Shown here piece after piece: positions 26,049 through 34,865 of a DNA stretch of 64,000 nucleotides. Each line of letters begins with the position of its first letter. Position 1 is the first letter of the stretch. The stretch covers positions 206 through 64,205 of IMG/VR virus record IMGVR_UViG_3300037312_000804; one strand, given 5' to 3'. The translations under genes were made by a program, and so were the position numbers. Source of the stretch: a virus (lineage: Duplodnaviria > Caudoviricetes). Below the pieces are notes generated by a model. That model was not told where the DNA came from. It did no database searches and saw only the letters and a list, made by a program, of their open reading frames with translations.

Positions 26049-26863
26049 TGCTCCTTTACGCTGGCGATGATGGCATCGAGGTTGATGGAAACCGGCGTGT
26101 TGCTTTTGATGGCGCGGGCAGTTTCAATCCTAGTCGTGCGCTCAACAGCGATTGCAATCGCCATGTCGCGCACGGCGCGGCCTTCGATGGCGCGCTTGAC
26201 CCCCTGCACCACGTCCTTGACGCCACTGATCGCGCCGAAGCCGTCGATATGCTCCTGCCAGCGCGGAGCTTGTGCAAAGCTGGAAAGATCAGGGCTGGTT
26301 ATCGCGGCCACCTTGCGACCAACTTCCGCCAACTTATCGGCGTGATCTTTCATCGTGATGACCTGCCCGTTGTCGATCGCGTGGCGTAGGGCGGCGTTGG
26401 CGACGGCGAACATGCCGGGATGGATGCAGCCTTCCGAGTTGTAAATGCCCCACAGCACATCGCCAGCCATCCCCGTTACCGGGTACTGCTTCGCCGGCGC
26501 CGGCCAGCGCGCGCACTCGTCGGTCCAGGTGCCTGCCCAGGTTGGCTCTGCCTTGACGCGCTTCCACTCGTCCGGCTTCGCCATGCACTTCAGCTCGATC
26601 TCGTCGCCCACGAACACCGGCTTGCCGTCGATGTAGCCGAGCGGAGTCATCACGAGGCGGGTAACACTCATGAAGTTTGCCGCCGGCTCGCCGTCCATCG
26701 CCCATTGCTGGACATACTCATTATCGCTGCGAAGGCCGAGGATCGGGCAGTTGCCTGATTTCATGTCCCACTTGACGATCTCGACCTTCTCGCCGCTGGC
26801 GGTGCAAAACGGTGCGCCGGCCTTGGCGTGCTCCAGGTTGAATGGTTTCGTTTCTTTCATCAT
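26045..26863 (-). CDS. Modular hypothetical protein
   Basis: KPFNLEHAKAGAP N-terminal module plus KQYPVTGM...ANAALRHA module. Confidence 0.7.
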   Translation of the reverse strand: MMKETKPFNLEHAKAGAPFCTASGEKVEIVKWDMKSGNCPILGLRSDNEYVQQWAMDGEPAANFMSVTRLVMTPLGYIDGKPVFVGDEIELKCMAKPDEWKRVKAEPTWAGTWTDECARWPAPAKQYPVTGMAGDVLWGIYNSEGCIHPGMFAVANAALRHAIDNGQVITMKDHADKLAEVGRKVAAITSPDLSSFAQAPRWQEHIDGFGAISGVKDVVQGVKRAIEGRAVRDMAIAIAVERTTRIETARAIKSNTPVSINLDAIIASVKEQ

Positions 26864-27171
26864 TTATCCTTGTTGTCGTTGGTGAGGCGTCGCACCTGCA
26901 TTTCCGGCTTGCGGGCGCGCACTTCGGCGGCGATGCGGCGCGCGCGGACAAGATTCGACTCGGGCCTGTTCGCCCACGCGTTCAGCACGCCTTGCACGGG
27001 AAATTCGGCGGCATTCTGCAACGCGGCCATCTGGCTCATCGGGATGTTGAGCGCCGCCCGTTGCATAGCAGCGGCGGCCATCGGCCCCCCACCTTGCAGG
27101 TAGACGCGGCGCTCGCCTTCGATCCACGCCTGTTTCGACTGGATCAGGCCGTTGATCAGATGCATGCTCAT
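26860..27171 (-). CDS. Hypothetical protein
   Basis: ORF track; coupled overlaps. Confidence 0.6.
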   Translation of the reverse strand: MSMHLINGLIQSKQAWIEGERRVYLQGGGPMAAAAMQRAALNIPMSQMAALQNAAEFPVQGVLNAWANRPESNLVRARRIAAEVRARKPEMQVRRLTNDNKDK

Positions 27172-27554
27172 GGCTCAGTCTCCAGCATCATGTCGGCGTA
27201 GAACCAGCGCCAGGCGAAGAACTTCTTCTGGCGCATCTCCTGGCGCCACGCTTCGGCGCGCAACCGGGCCTGCTCGTAGCGCTTCCAGAACACTTGGACG
27301 TCGTCGCTGGCGGCGGCCGGCGGCAGCGTGCCTTCCTTGATCATGGCGAATTCGGCGCGCTCGGCCGCGTCCCAGTTTTCCGGCACGGCCGGGATCTTCG
27401 TCGGCATGTCCTCGACGTCCAGGCGGAACCACTCGGGCGCGTTCGGCGCGTGCGCGGCGTACCACTGGCGCATGGTCATGCCGGGATGATCACTTGTCAG
27501 CGGCTCTTTCTGCGGAAATGCCGGGCCGCCATCCTTAAGCCTGATCGCCATCAT
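27168..27554 (-). CDS. Conserved phage protein (GGPAFP...GMT.R.WYAA family)
   Basis: KDGGPAFPQ...GMTMRQWYAAHAP...YADMML. Confidence 0.75.
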   Translation of the reverse strand: MMAIRLKDGGPAFPQKEPLTSDHPGMTMRQWYAAHAPNAPEWFRLDVEDMPTKIPAVPENWDAAERAEFAMIKEGTLPPAAASDDVQVFWKRYEQARLRAEAWRQEMRQKKFFAWRWFYADMMLETEP

Positions 27555-27760
27555 TGCCCCTCGTCGCCAGCGCCGTACACCTTGGCGCGGTGCTCGGCTT
27601 CCATCGCGCGCATCCAGGCGTCGTGATCCATCTGCGCGCGCGCCTCGGCTTCGCCATGCGCCCACAGGATCACCAACACCAGCACCATGATGACCACGGC
27701 CACAGCGACGGCCACGCCCAGTTCCATGTAGCCGTTCTCGTACAACTCGGCATATCCCAT
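27551..27760 (-). CDS. Small single-TM protein
   Basis: LGVAVAVAVVIMVLVLVILW; SD AAGGAG. Confidence 0.65.
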   Translation of the reverse strand: MGYAELYENGYMELGVAVAVAVVIMVLVLVILWAHGEAEARAQMDHDAWMRAMEAEHRAKVYGAGDEGQ

Positions 27761-27786
27761 TTCATTTCTCCTTGTTATCGAAAGGA

Positions 27787-27939
27787 TCAGCGGTATTTCC
27801 GCTGCAGTTCCTCGGCCTGGACCAGCGCCCAGCCCAGTTGCTCCCGGATCTGCGCCGGGGTCGGCGGCGGCCCGCCCTGCGTGCGGCGGTCTTGCAGATA
27901 CTGCTTCAACTGCTCTTTCGTCGGGCGGGTCGTGGTCAT
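27787..27939 (-). CDS. Small protein (RPTKEQ...PPTP..IREQLGW family)
   Basis: SD GGAG; motif recalled from Oxalobacteraceae small proteins. Confidence 0.65.
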   Translation of the reverse strand: MTTTRPTKEQLKQYLQDRRTQGGPPPTPAQIREQLGWALVQAEELQRKYR

Positions 27940-27997
27940 GGCTGTCTCCGGTTGTTGATCTTGTGGTGCGCCCACCGAAGCGGGCGCGGGTTGGTGT

Positions 27998-28246
27998 TTA
28001 AGCGACGATGCCGTAAGCGGCATAAAACGGGGCTGCGGCTTTGAATTCTTTGCAGCAGGCCAGCAGAGTCTTGGCGGATTCGATCCAAGCATCGATGAAG
28101 GCGGCACTGTAGCTGCTGGAGCTTTCCCATACGGCATCAACCATCGTGCCCGCGTTATCGCCAGCCGAACCAGCAACAACGCTAACTTCGGTGCAGTCGT
28201 TGCCGATGGCTTCGTTGAGCATCTGTTTGAAGGTTGCATTGTTCAT
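27998..28246 (-). CDS. Hypothetical protein, first gene after an AT-rich promoter
   Basis: SD AAAGGG; 82 aa. Confidence 0.6.
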   Translation of the reverse strand: MNNATFKQMLNEAIGNDCTEVSVVAGSAGDNAGTMVDAVWESSSSYSAAFIDAWIESAKTLLACCKEFKAAAPFYAAYGIVA

Positions 28247-28296
28247 GATCCTGCCCTTTCAGTATTCGCCGCGCCCAGTGCGCCGCCACGTATTAA

Positions 28297-28336
28297 ATAT
28301 AATACGATGCGAAAGAACTTTCAAGGTTTATTTGAA
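28297..28336 (-). promoter_or_regulatory. Promoter/operator (TTCA-N9-TGAAAGT box)
   Basis: TTCAAATAAACCTTGAAAGTTC; TTGAAA-17 nt-TATATT. Confidence 0.55.
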
Positions 28337-28338
28337 CA

Positions 28339-28578
28339 TTACTTCGCAGGCGGGCGCAGGTGTGGCGCGTGTGCACAGCCCTTGCATCCGGAATCGGTGG
28401 CGCTGGCGTCATACTGGCATTCGGTCGACATCACGAATGGGATCGTGACCCACTTCGGCGTGCGCGTCACGGCGGCGTACTTCGGATCGTAGGAACCGAA
28501 GTAGCCGTCCTGCACGAGAATCGGTGCGTTCGCCACGGGCCGCGGGCGGTTGTTGCAGCCATAGGTGAAATCAGTCAT
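28339..28578 (-). CDS. Cys-containing hypothetical protein
   Basis: YGCNNR...ECQY...GCKGCAH. Confidence 0.65.
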   Translation of the reverse strand: MTDFTYGCNNRPRPVANAPILVQDGYFGSYDPKYAAVTRTPKWVTIPFVMSTECQYDASATDSGCKGCAHAPHLRPPAK

Positions 28579-28984
28579 GGCTTCCCCCTTCCGTGTCTTC
28601 GCCTTCCAGCGGCGGCAGGTGTGCGGCCAGCACTTGGATGACCTGCTGGTGCGCCTGCTGCTGGCCGGCCTTGTCCAGTGCGATGGCAGCGTGTTCCAGC
28701 GCCACCTCGGCGTCGAGCGGCAGTTTTGCGTGCGCCAGGTCGCGGCGCCGCTCGATCGGCGGAGCTGGCGCCGTGCTGGGATCGTCTTGCGCAGCAACTG
28801 CCGCGCGCAACCGCTCGACTTCGGCGATCAGTTCAAGCACAGCAGCGGGGATCGCCTCGGCGCAGAACTCCAATCCCCGGATCTCGCGGTCGCTGTAGCA
28901 GCGGTCTTCCTCGTAGGGTGCGGGCGGTGTCCAATCTTTCGCCGCAAGTGCCAGCGCCTTCAGCTTTTCGATGTCCACGGTCAT
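28571..28984 (-). CDS. Ead/Ea22-like protein
   Basis: MTVDIEKLKALALAA...PAAVLELIAEVERL. Confidence 0.75.
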   Translation of the reverse strand: MTVDIEKLKALALAAKDWTPPAPYEEDRCYSDREIRGLEFCAEAIPAAVLELIAEVERLRAAVAAQDDPSTAPAPPIERRRDLAHAKLPLDAEVALEHAAIALDKAGQQQAHQQVIQVLAAHLPPLEGEDTEGGSHD

Positions 28985-29217
28985 TTGAATGCCTCTTTTG
29001 AAAAACAGCGGTATTTATCGCCGCGCAAAGCACCGTAGATGCCGCCCCGCTCCTCGCACAGTTCGCGCTCACTCTTTACTTTCATCGTGCTCATGGCCGG
29101 CGCCAGCACGGCATATGCGAACCACGCGGCCAAAGCAAGGCCACACAGGGCTGCCATAAGGGCAGCAATTGCATCCCCGTTGCTCATCTTTTCATCGTCT
29201 CTCGTGTCGATATCCAT
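28981..29217 (-). CDS. Single-TM hypothetical protein
   Basis: Hydrophobic segment then CEERGG...C. Confidence 0.6.
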   Translation of the reverse strand: MDIDTRDDEKMSNGDAIAALMAALCGLALAAWFAYAVLAPAMSTMKVKSERELCEERGGIYGALRGDKYRCFSKEAFK

Positions 29218-29218
29218 T

Positions 29219-29476
29219 TCATGCCTCATCTTTAAATTCGCCGCATACGTGCTCGCGCGGTGTCATGATGTGGCCGACGCCGGGCATCAGGCTGCTGCTT
29301 TCTATGCCGAGCATGGCGAAGCGTTCGGCGCCAGAAACTGGCGCACTTTTGATGCACTCGCCAGCCAGGGAGTTATGCCAACGCCACCAGTCGCACCCCG
29401 CGCAGCACGGGCCACGCGCCTTGTAGAAGTCGTCGATGATCGCCTGCGTGCGGTCTTGTCTTGAAACGACGGTCAC
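29219..29476 (-). CDS. Cys-rich hypothetical protein
   Basis: GTGA overlap; GPCCAGCDWW...GECIKSAPVSG...HVCGEFK. Confidence 0.65.
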   Translation of the reverse strand: MTVVSRQDRTQAIIDDFYKARGPCCAGCDWWRWHNSLAGECIKSAPVSGAERFAMLGIESSSLMPGVGHIMTPREHVCGEFKDEA

Positions 29477-30273
29477 GCTTCCTCCTTCCCACTGTCCGTA
29501 GGTGTAGGGGCGGCAGCGATCATGGCGGCATAGCAGTCTTCCATCTCGCAATCGTCAATGCAGCGCGCTTTGCTATACCACTGCTCCGCGAAGGCCACGA
29601 TCATGTCGTCGGTAGGCTCGACCGGCATTAACTTCCAGCCCTTTGGCGATGTTCCAGCGGTGCGACCGTCGATGTGGTCGATGAGTGCTTCATGAGCGCG
29701 CTTGTTGCGCTCGGCCGGACCCTCGTCGTAGGCATTCCTCCATTCCCACACGATCCGCCAGAACTCGGGCGTATCGATGCTCGCCGTCTTCCGTTCTGCC
29801 AGATCGCGCTCAAGCTGGCGGATACGCTCGGCTGATTTGTCGACCACGTCTTGATAATCCCGAACCGCAGTCATGCGGCCGCGTTGGTATGCGTGCTGCT
29901 GGCCTTCGCGGAACTGCTCAACGGTGTATAGCGGCGCGCGACTATAGCCCTTTTTCTCCCAGTGCTTGTCGTGGTCCCAAACTGCAGGATCGCCAACGCC
30001 ATGCGTGAAGCAGTTCACGACCTTGCCATGCTGCAGCCAAAGCGAAAACCGATCTTCCGGCAGCGGCGGCAGTTCTGGACCCATAGGGGCGGAGACAGGA
30101 GCGGTGCGGCTGGAGGCTTGCCACGCTCGCCATGCCGAATCTACGTTCGGCTCGATGTAGTGGCCGTCCTCAAATGTTTTCGCTTCATCGTCGCCGAAAA
30201 TCCATGTGGCGGCGCCCCATGCCCACGCTTCAAACGCCGCGCGCTCGGCTTCCATGTTCAGTTCGTCGCTCAT
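29473..30273 (-). CDS. Mosaic early protein
   Basis: ERAAFEAW...AWRAWQA; GWKLMPVEPTDDM...YAAMIAAAP modules. Confidence 0.75.
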   Translation of the reverse strand: MSDELNMEAERAAFEAWAWGAATWIFGDDEAKTFEDGHYIEPNVDSAWRAWQASSRTAPVSAPMGPELPPLPEDRFSLWLQHGKVVNCFTHGVGDPAVWDHDKHWEKKGYSRAPLYTVEQFREGQQHAYQRGRMTAVRDYQDVVDKSAERIRQLERDLAERKTASIDTPEFWRIVWEWRNAYDEGPAERNKRAHEALIDHIDGRTAGTSPKGWKLMPVEPTDDMIVAFAEQWYSKARCIDDCEMEDCYAAMIAAAPTPTDSGKEEA

Positions 30274-31520
30274 TTCTTCTCCTTCGCGCTGGCGGCGATT
30301 GCTGCGCGCTCTCGAATTGCGATGGGCACGTCGTCACAGCCGAGCCGTTCGCCAAGCTTCATGATCGCTGCGTCTACGAATGGAGGCTTGCCATAGGCGA
30401 CCGGAAGGCGGCGGTACAGCCACATCATCATGTTCAGCGAATCGGCAAGAAGCTTCTCGTCGCCCTCGCCAGCATTCGATGCATGGGATGCGCGGGTGCC
30501 TTGCCATTGCATCCTGACCTTGAAGTCGTCGGCGCTACGGTGATACAGAATGTCGGGCTTGGTAACGTCGTAGTACACGACGATGCTTTCGCCACGCTTC
30601 GGGCCGGCGCCGTTGGAATAGCCGATCACTTCGTATTCGCCACCCTTGCCGATGCAGGTGAAGACTTGCACGGCCTTCGCGTTTTCGCGGCTTCGTGCTT
30701 GGGATGCGCCCTGCTGGGCGAGGGCTGCATTTCTGGCGAACAATCCCGCGAGTTCGGCGGCGTCCCATGCCTTGCGCGCGCTGTAGTGGTCAAGAGTTGC
30801 GCCGGGCGGGTGCCCGGTGGTCGGATTCGGCGTGATCCACCATGCGTCGAAAGACAGCGGCGCAGCATCCCGGCTGGGTGCTTGGGCACGGCGGGCACGC
30901 TCCATCCAGGCGTCGTGCGCAGCAGCGTGGCAGGCATCAATCAGCTCCTGACTTTCGCTGCCGTTGCACGACAGAGTCATGCAGAAATAGTTTTCAAAGG
31001 CGGCACTCTCCCCGCTCGCGCTTGCCGTGGTGGCCTCGGGCGGGTGTTGCGGACAAGGCCAGCGCAACGATCCATCGCCACTCGGGCAGGTGCAGGTTGC
31101 GGTGCTTGCCGTGGTGGCCGCAGGTTGGATTACCGTTGTGGTGGTGTCATTCGCATAGTTGATGGCTTGGCTGTAATTGGTCAGGTCAAGTTTCGCCGCT
31201 CCTGCCTGCTGTGCGGCCGGTGCGGTCGCGACTCGTGAAAGCAGAGTGCGGAACGCTGCGATCAACTGCCGATACTCGTAGACGTAACCGATCTTATCCG
31301 TAGCAGTTGGCAGCGGATCTGGCTTCCAGCCCCGGCCCGACGCATCCCACAGCACATCGATAATTTCTGCATCGGCAGGTGCTTCGGGCGCGGCTTGCCG
31401 GGAAAGTTCGCCAATAGTTACGTGTAGCTCTGCGACGTAGGCACGCATGTACGCGGGATCGGCAAGTTCTTCATCAGTCAGAAGCTTGTCCAGGTCTACG
31501 CCTGCGGTGTGGTTATCCAT
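30270..31520 (-). CDS. Mosaic early protein (multi-module)
   Basis: CTCPSGDGSLRWPCPQHPP module; GKGGEYEVIG...VVYY...LYHR (DUF1653-like) module; Ala-rich linkers. Confidence 0.75.
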   Translation of the reverse strand: MDNHTAGVDLDKLLTDEELADPAYMRAYVAELHVTIGELSRQAAPEAPADAEIIDVLWDASGRGWKPDPLPTATDKIGYVYEYRQLIAAFRTLLSRVATAPAAQQAGAAKLDLTNYSQAINYANDTTTTVIQPAATTASTATCTCPSGDGSLRWPCPQHPPEATTASASGESAAFENYFCMTLSCNGSESQELIDACHAAAHDAWMERARRAQAPSRDAAPLSFDAWWITPNPTTGHPPGATLDHYSARKAWDAAELAGLFARNAALAQQGASQARSRENAKAVQVFTCIGKGGEYEVIGYSNGAGPKRGESIVVYYDVTKPDILYHRSADDFKVRMQWQGTRASHASNAGEGDEKLLADSLNMMMWLYRRLPVAYGKPPFVDAAIMKLGERLGCDDVPIAIRERAAIAASAKEKK

Positions 31521-31532
31521 TGTTCTGTCCTT

Positions 31533-31772
31533 TCAGCCGGCACGTACGCTATTGGTTTCATGAACGATGTTGTCGTCGCGTTGGTCCTCGACCTGCATGA
31601 TTTCCCAGGCCCCCAGCTTTCGCTGCGTCACCCATTGACCGTCTGCTCCTTTGCCGAACAGCCAGCCGTGATAGCGGCTACCATCGAGGCAGGCAGCGTA
31701 TGCAGCTTTACCGTTGTGCCGCTGGAGCAAAACAAAGCCATCCGGTACTTCTTTAAATTGGTTTGCGGACAT
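31533..31772 (-). CDS. Hypothetical protein
   Basis: ORF track, plausible composition. Confidence 0.6.
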   Translation of the reverse strand: MSANQFKEVPDGFVLLQRHNGKAAYAACLDGSRYHGWLFGKGADGQWVTQRKLGAWEIMQVEDQRDDNIVHETNSVRAG

Positions 31773-31776
31773 ACAT

Positions 31777-31917
31777 TTACCCTTCCACAGCCATCAGGCC
31801 GTATTCGTTGCTGCTGTAATATTTGTTTGCGACGTGGGTTACCGCCTCACCCTTCGTCATTGCTTGGGCCAAAGCGACAAACTCGCCATGCAGGTAAACT
31901 CTGTAGGTCTTATTCAT
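31777..31917 (-). CDS. Hypothetical 46-aa protein
   Basis: SD AAGGGG; MNKTYRVYLHGEF. Confidence 0.5.
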   Translation of the reverse strand: MNKTYRVYLHGEFVALAQAMTKGEAVTHVANKYYSSNEYGLMAVEG

Positions 31918-32899
31918 CGTCGCCCCCTTCCTGGGTGTTAGCTGATCCAGTCTGGACCCTGTCCATCGCTTGATCGATTGCCGCGTCAAGTTCGTCACCG
32001 GCGCGGTATTCGTAGGTGTGATAGCCGCCGATTCCCGGCATGCCTTCCTCAGGCGGCACCCAGCCGGTGCGCTTGTCCAGCACCATGCCAACATCAATGT
32101 CAGGATTGCGCAGCCAGCGATAGCGGGCCGCATCACGCGCATCGTCGGATTCCGCCTGATTGCGGATTGCCTCGGCGTTCTGTGCGCCGGCCGAATTTGG
32201 CAGGATTGCTTTCAACTGATCGGCGCGAATCACCACGGCCATGCTGTTGCTCATGGATTCTGGGTAATCGGTGCCGTCGCCCTGCCAGAACCACACATCG
32301 TTTTTTTCGTGCAGTCTCCGCAGATCCAGGTGTTCGCGCAGGACTGCGATAGTTTCAGCGCGTGCCTCTGCCTCTTCTTTCCATCCGTCGCGCTCCTTGC
32401 GAAGCTGCGCGGCTTCGGTTTCCTGTGCGCCGGCAGGAGCTACCGGAGCGGAGAGGTAGAGCGGGATTGCGGTGCCCTTGCCATCGTCGAGCGCCTTGAG
32501 TACATCGGCCTCGTCGAAGTTCACCATGCCCCGGTGATACCAAGCATGTGCTCCAATGACCGGCTCGGCCTGCGCCTGTCTTGCGAGGCGTGCGCGCTGC
32601 ATTTTCGCTTTGACCAGCTTTGCCAACTCCTGTCCTGCTGCGTGGCCTTCATTCGAAGCACGGCCAAACAGGTAGACGAGGTCGCACTCGATTTCGTCGT
32701 ACAAATCCAGTGGCCGTTCGCTCGGCTGCTTTGCTTTCGGTTGGCGTTCCAGGTGGGCGGCAATCGCAGCGCGGGCGATAGCGATGTCGTAACCTTCGGG
32801 GTTGCCCTGAAAGTCGCTCAGGTAAATGCCCTGAACGGCGTCTTGGATCTGCTCATCCGTCAGATCTCCGGTCGGCTGCTCTACTTGGTTTTTATTCAC
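31910..32899 (-). CDS. Mosaic early protein (multi-module)
   Basis: GTG start with AAGGAG; DLTDEQI, IPLY..P, DARDAARYRWLR...ELDAAID modules. Confidence 0.75.
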   Translation of the reverse strand: MNKNQVEQPTGDLTDEQIQDAVQGIYLSDFQGNPEGYDIAIARAAIAAHLERQPKAKQPSERPLDLYDEIECDLVYLFGRASNEGHAAGQELAKLVKAKMQRARLARQAQAEPVIGAHAWYHRGMVNFDEADVLKALDDGKGTAIPLYLSAPVAPAGAQETEAAQLRKERDGWKEEAEARAETIAVLREHLDLRRLHEKNDVWFWQGDGTDYPESMSNSMAVVIRADQLKAILPNSAGAQNAEAIRNQAESDDARDAARYRWLRNPDIDVGMVLDKRTGWVPPEEGMPGIGGYHTYEYRAGDELDAAIDQAMDRVQTGSANTQEGGDDE

Positions 32900-33101
32900 T
32901 GATTTCTCCTTCGTTATCGTTAATCCAGAACACACCCCAGTCGTCGCGTTCGATGCGTTCGCGCACAGCGCAGCCCGGATGCGTGCAGGCGCGGTGCGTG
33001 TTCCACCGGCCGGTCGGTGCGCTGTATCTCCAGGTGTGGACGATGTGCAGCGAGCGCAGCAGGATGAGCGGCGCCAGCAGGACGGCGCGCATGTCAGCCA
33101 T
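32892..33101 (-). CDS. Hypothetical protein (possible Zn ligands H..H/C...C)
   Basis: HIVHTW...RACTHPGC. Confidence 0.55.
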   Translation of the reverse strand: MADMRAVLLAPLILLRSLHIVHTWRYSAPTGRWNTHRACTHPGCAVRERIERDDWGVFWINDNEGEISE

Positions 33102-33489
33102 GATCGGCCTCGCGCCGCGCCGGGGCGCCGACTTCCCGCTGCAGCACGGACCAGCGCGCGGCCGCTTTCCAGACCGCATACACGCGCCGCGTGATCGGAT
33201 GCAGGAACTCGCCGTTGTCCAGGCGCGCGACGTTGAACGATGCCAGCTTCGCCGCCGCGTCGAACGCCTCGACTTCTTCCGGCACGGGCCGCGCGCGCAG
33301 ACCCTCAAGCACGGCCTCGACATCGAGCGCGCGCAGCGCCTTGACTGCTTCCGTCAGGATCTCGGCCCGGCGCATGTCGTCGCCTTGCCGCGCATCGGGG
33401 ATGTCGTGGCTGATTCTGTCGATCGCCGCGTCGCGCAGCGCTTCCACCACGCGCACCGACAGCACCACGTCCAGCGCGCGCGGCGTCAC
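33094..33489 (-). CDS. Hypothetical protein
   Basis: ORF track, good codon pattern. Confidence 0.65.
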   Translation of the reverse strand: MTPRALDVVLSVRVVEALRDAAIDRISHDIPDARQGDDMRRAEILTEAVKALRALDVEAVLEGLRARPVPEEVEAFDAAAKLASFNVARLDNGEFLHPITRRVYAVWKAAARWSVLQREVGAPARREADHG

Positions 33490-33683
33490 TTCTGCCTCCG
33501 TGCCAGCGCCAGCGCCTCGCGCACCTTCTGCACGGTTTCGTAGGTCACCGCGCCCTGGTTCTGGATGTCGCGGTCGACCGCCTCGCAGGCGCCCAGCAGC
33601 GCGTCAAACGGGCGGTTCTGGCTGGCGATGCCCGGCGCCGGTTCGCTGACATAGAACCGCGTCGTGAATTCCGGGGCTTTCAT
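33486..33683 (-). CDS. Hypothetical protein
   Basis: ATGA-coupled. Confidence 0.6.
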   Translation of the reverse strand: MKAPEFTTRFYVSEPAPGIASQNRPFDALLGACEAVDRDIQNQGAVTYETVQKVREALALARRQK

Positions 33684-33826
33684 GCCGACACCTTGCGGCC
33701 CGCCACCCAGGCGCCGAACAGGGTAAACACGGCGGCGTCGCTGCCGGCCTGGCGCAGCACGCGCAGCGCGCCGCGGAACGTCAGGGCCAGCGTGCGCGTG
33801 CCCCCGGTGCAGTGGATCAGGTACAT
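33680..33826 (-). CDS. Hypothetical 48-aa protein
   Basis: SD AAAGGA; MYLIHCTGGTRTLAL. Confidence 0.55.
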   Translation of the reverse strand: MYLIHCTGGTRTLALTFRGALRVLRQAGSDAAVFTLFGAWVAGRKVSA

Positions 33827-33860
33827 GATTGAATTTCCTTTCATGATTTTGGAAACACAA

Positions 33861-33914
33861 TCATTGTATTACAATGCCGCTTTCCCGTGCAAATACTTTC
33901 AAATTTATTTTGAA
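33861..33914 (-). promoter_or_regulatory. Promoter with TTCA-N9-TGAAAGT box
   Basis: TTCAAAATAAATTTGAAAGTAT-TTGCAC-18 nt-TACAAT. Confidence 0.6.
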
Positions 33915-33918
33915 CTTG

Positions 33919-34401
33919 TCACACCTCGTGCACATCCAGCCCATGCACGGTTTTCATGAGGTGCTTCTTGATCCGGTACACCGGCAAATTCTTGGTCGCG
34001 ATGCTTTTCGTGTCCTCGACGACAAGTTCCCCATCGCGTCGATAGGTGAAATCGGCGATGAAGCGTATGGCCGGCTTCATCTTGCTGTCGCCCAGCAGGC
34101 GCGCGGCCGGCGCCAGCTCGAACACCACCTGGCGCTGCAGGTCGGCAATCTCGCCGGCCGCCAGCATCAGCTGGAGCACGGCCCAGCGCCGCGCCTCCTT
34201 CCGCGAATCGAACTCGATGCCGTCGACTGTGACCTTGTTGTTGCGGTACTTGCGCTGCTTGGATTTGTCTTTCGCCAGCGTGGCCAGAGGTGTCAGTATG
34301 TCGGCCTTACCTCCATTCAACGACTGGTGCGATGGTGATTTCAATCGTCGCTGAGTTTCAGCCTGAAACTCAGCAATTAGTTCAGGAGTCCATCTGATCA
34401 T
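33919..34401 (-). CDS. DUF1064-family (VRR-NUC-like) endonuclease
   Basis: KYRNNKVTVDGIEFDSRKEARRW...LQRQVVFEL...FIADFTY...VVEDTKS. Confidence 0.85.
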   Translation of the reverse strand: MIRWTPELIAEFQAETQRRLKSPSHQSLNGGKADILTPLATLAKDKSKQRKYRNNKVTVDGIEFDSRKEARRWAVLQLMLAAGEIADLQRQVVFELAPAARLLGDSKMKPAIRFIADFTYRRDGELVVEDTKSIATKNLPVYRIKKHLMKTVHGLDVHEV

Positions 34402-34865
34402 TTCTTCCTTGCTCCGGGTCGATTTTTTGTGCGAGATGGCGTCTTAACGGCATCCTGATCGCTCCACCCCTTCAAAAGGCGAAGTCTGATTGCCGTAGCA
34501 GTTATCCCATAGCGCATAGCCGCTGTTACCACATTCATTCGCTCTCCATCCACCACAACAAATTTGCTTCTCGTTGTGTTCAGGCTCTGATCTTTGATGC
34601 TCGCCCATCGGCAGTTTTCCGGCTCGTAGTTGCCGTTCACGTCCTTGCGATCGATGCTCATGCCAGGCGGCGGATCGCCCATGTCTTCATAGAAGTTTTC
34701 GAACTTCATCCAGCGCTCGCATACCGTGATGCCGCGCCCGCCATAGTTTGGGTAATTCTCCCTATTTTCATTTTTGCACCTGCGCACCATATCTATCCAT
34801 ATCTGATAAATCTTGGTGCCACGCTTCCCATGCGTCGCATTCCAATGCGGATTATTTTTACCCAC
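34398..34865 (-). CDS. HNH homing endonuclease
   Basis: GTG start with GGAGG; HG..GT.IY.IW..M.RRC...YPNYGGRGITVCERW..F..F..DMG...SIDR.D.NGNYEPENCRWA. Confidence 0.92.
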   Translation of the reverse strand: MGKNNPHWNATHGKRGTKIYQIWIDMVRRCKNENRENYPNYGGRGITVCERWMKFENFYEDMGDPPPGMSIDRKDVNGNYEPENCRWASIKDQSLNTTRSKFVVVDGERMNVVTAAMRYGITATAIRLRLLKGWSDQDAVKTPSRTKNRPGARKK

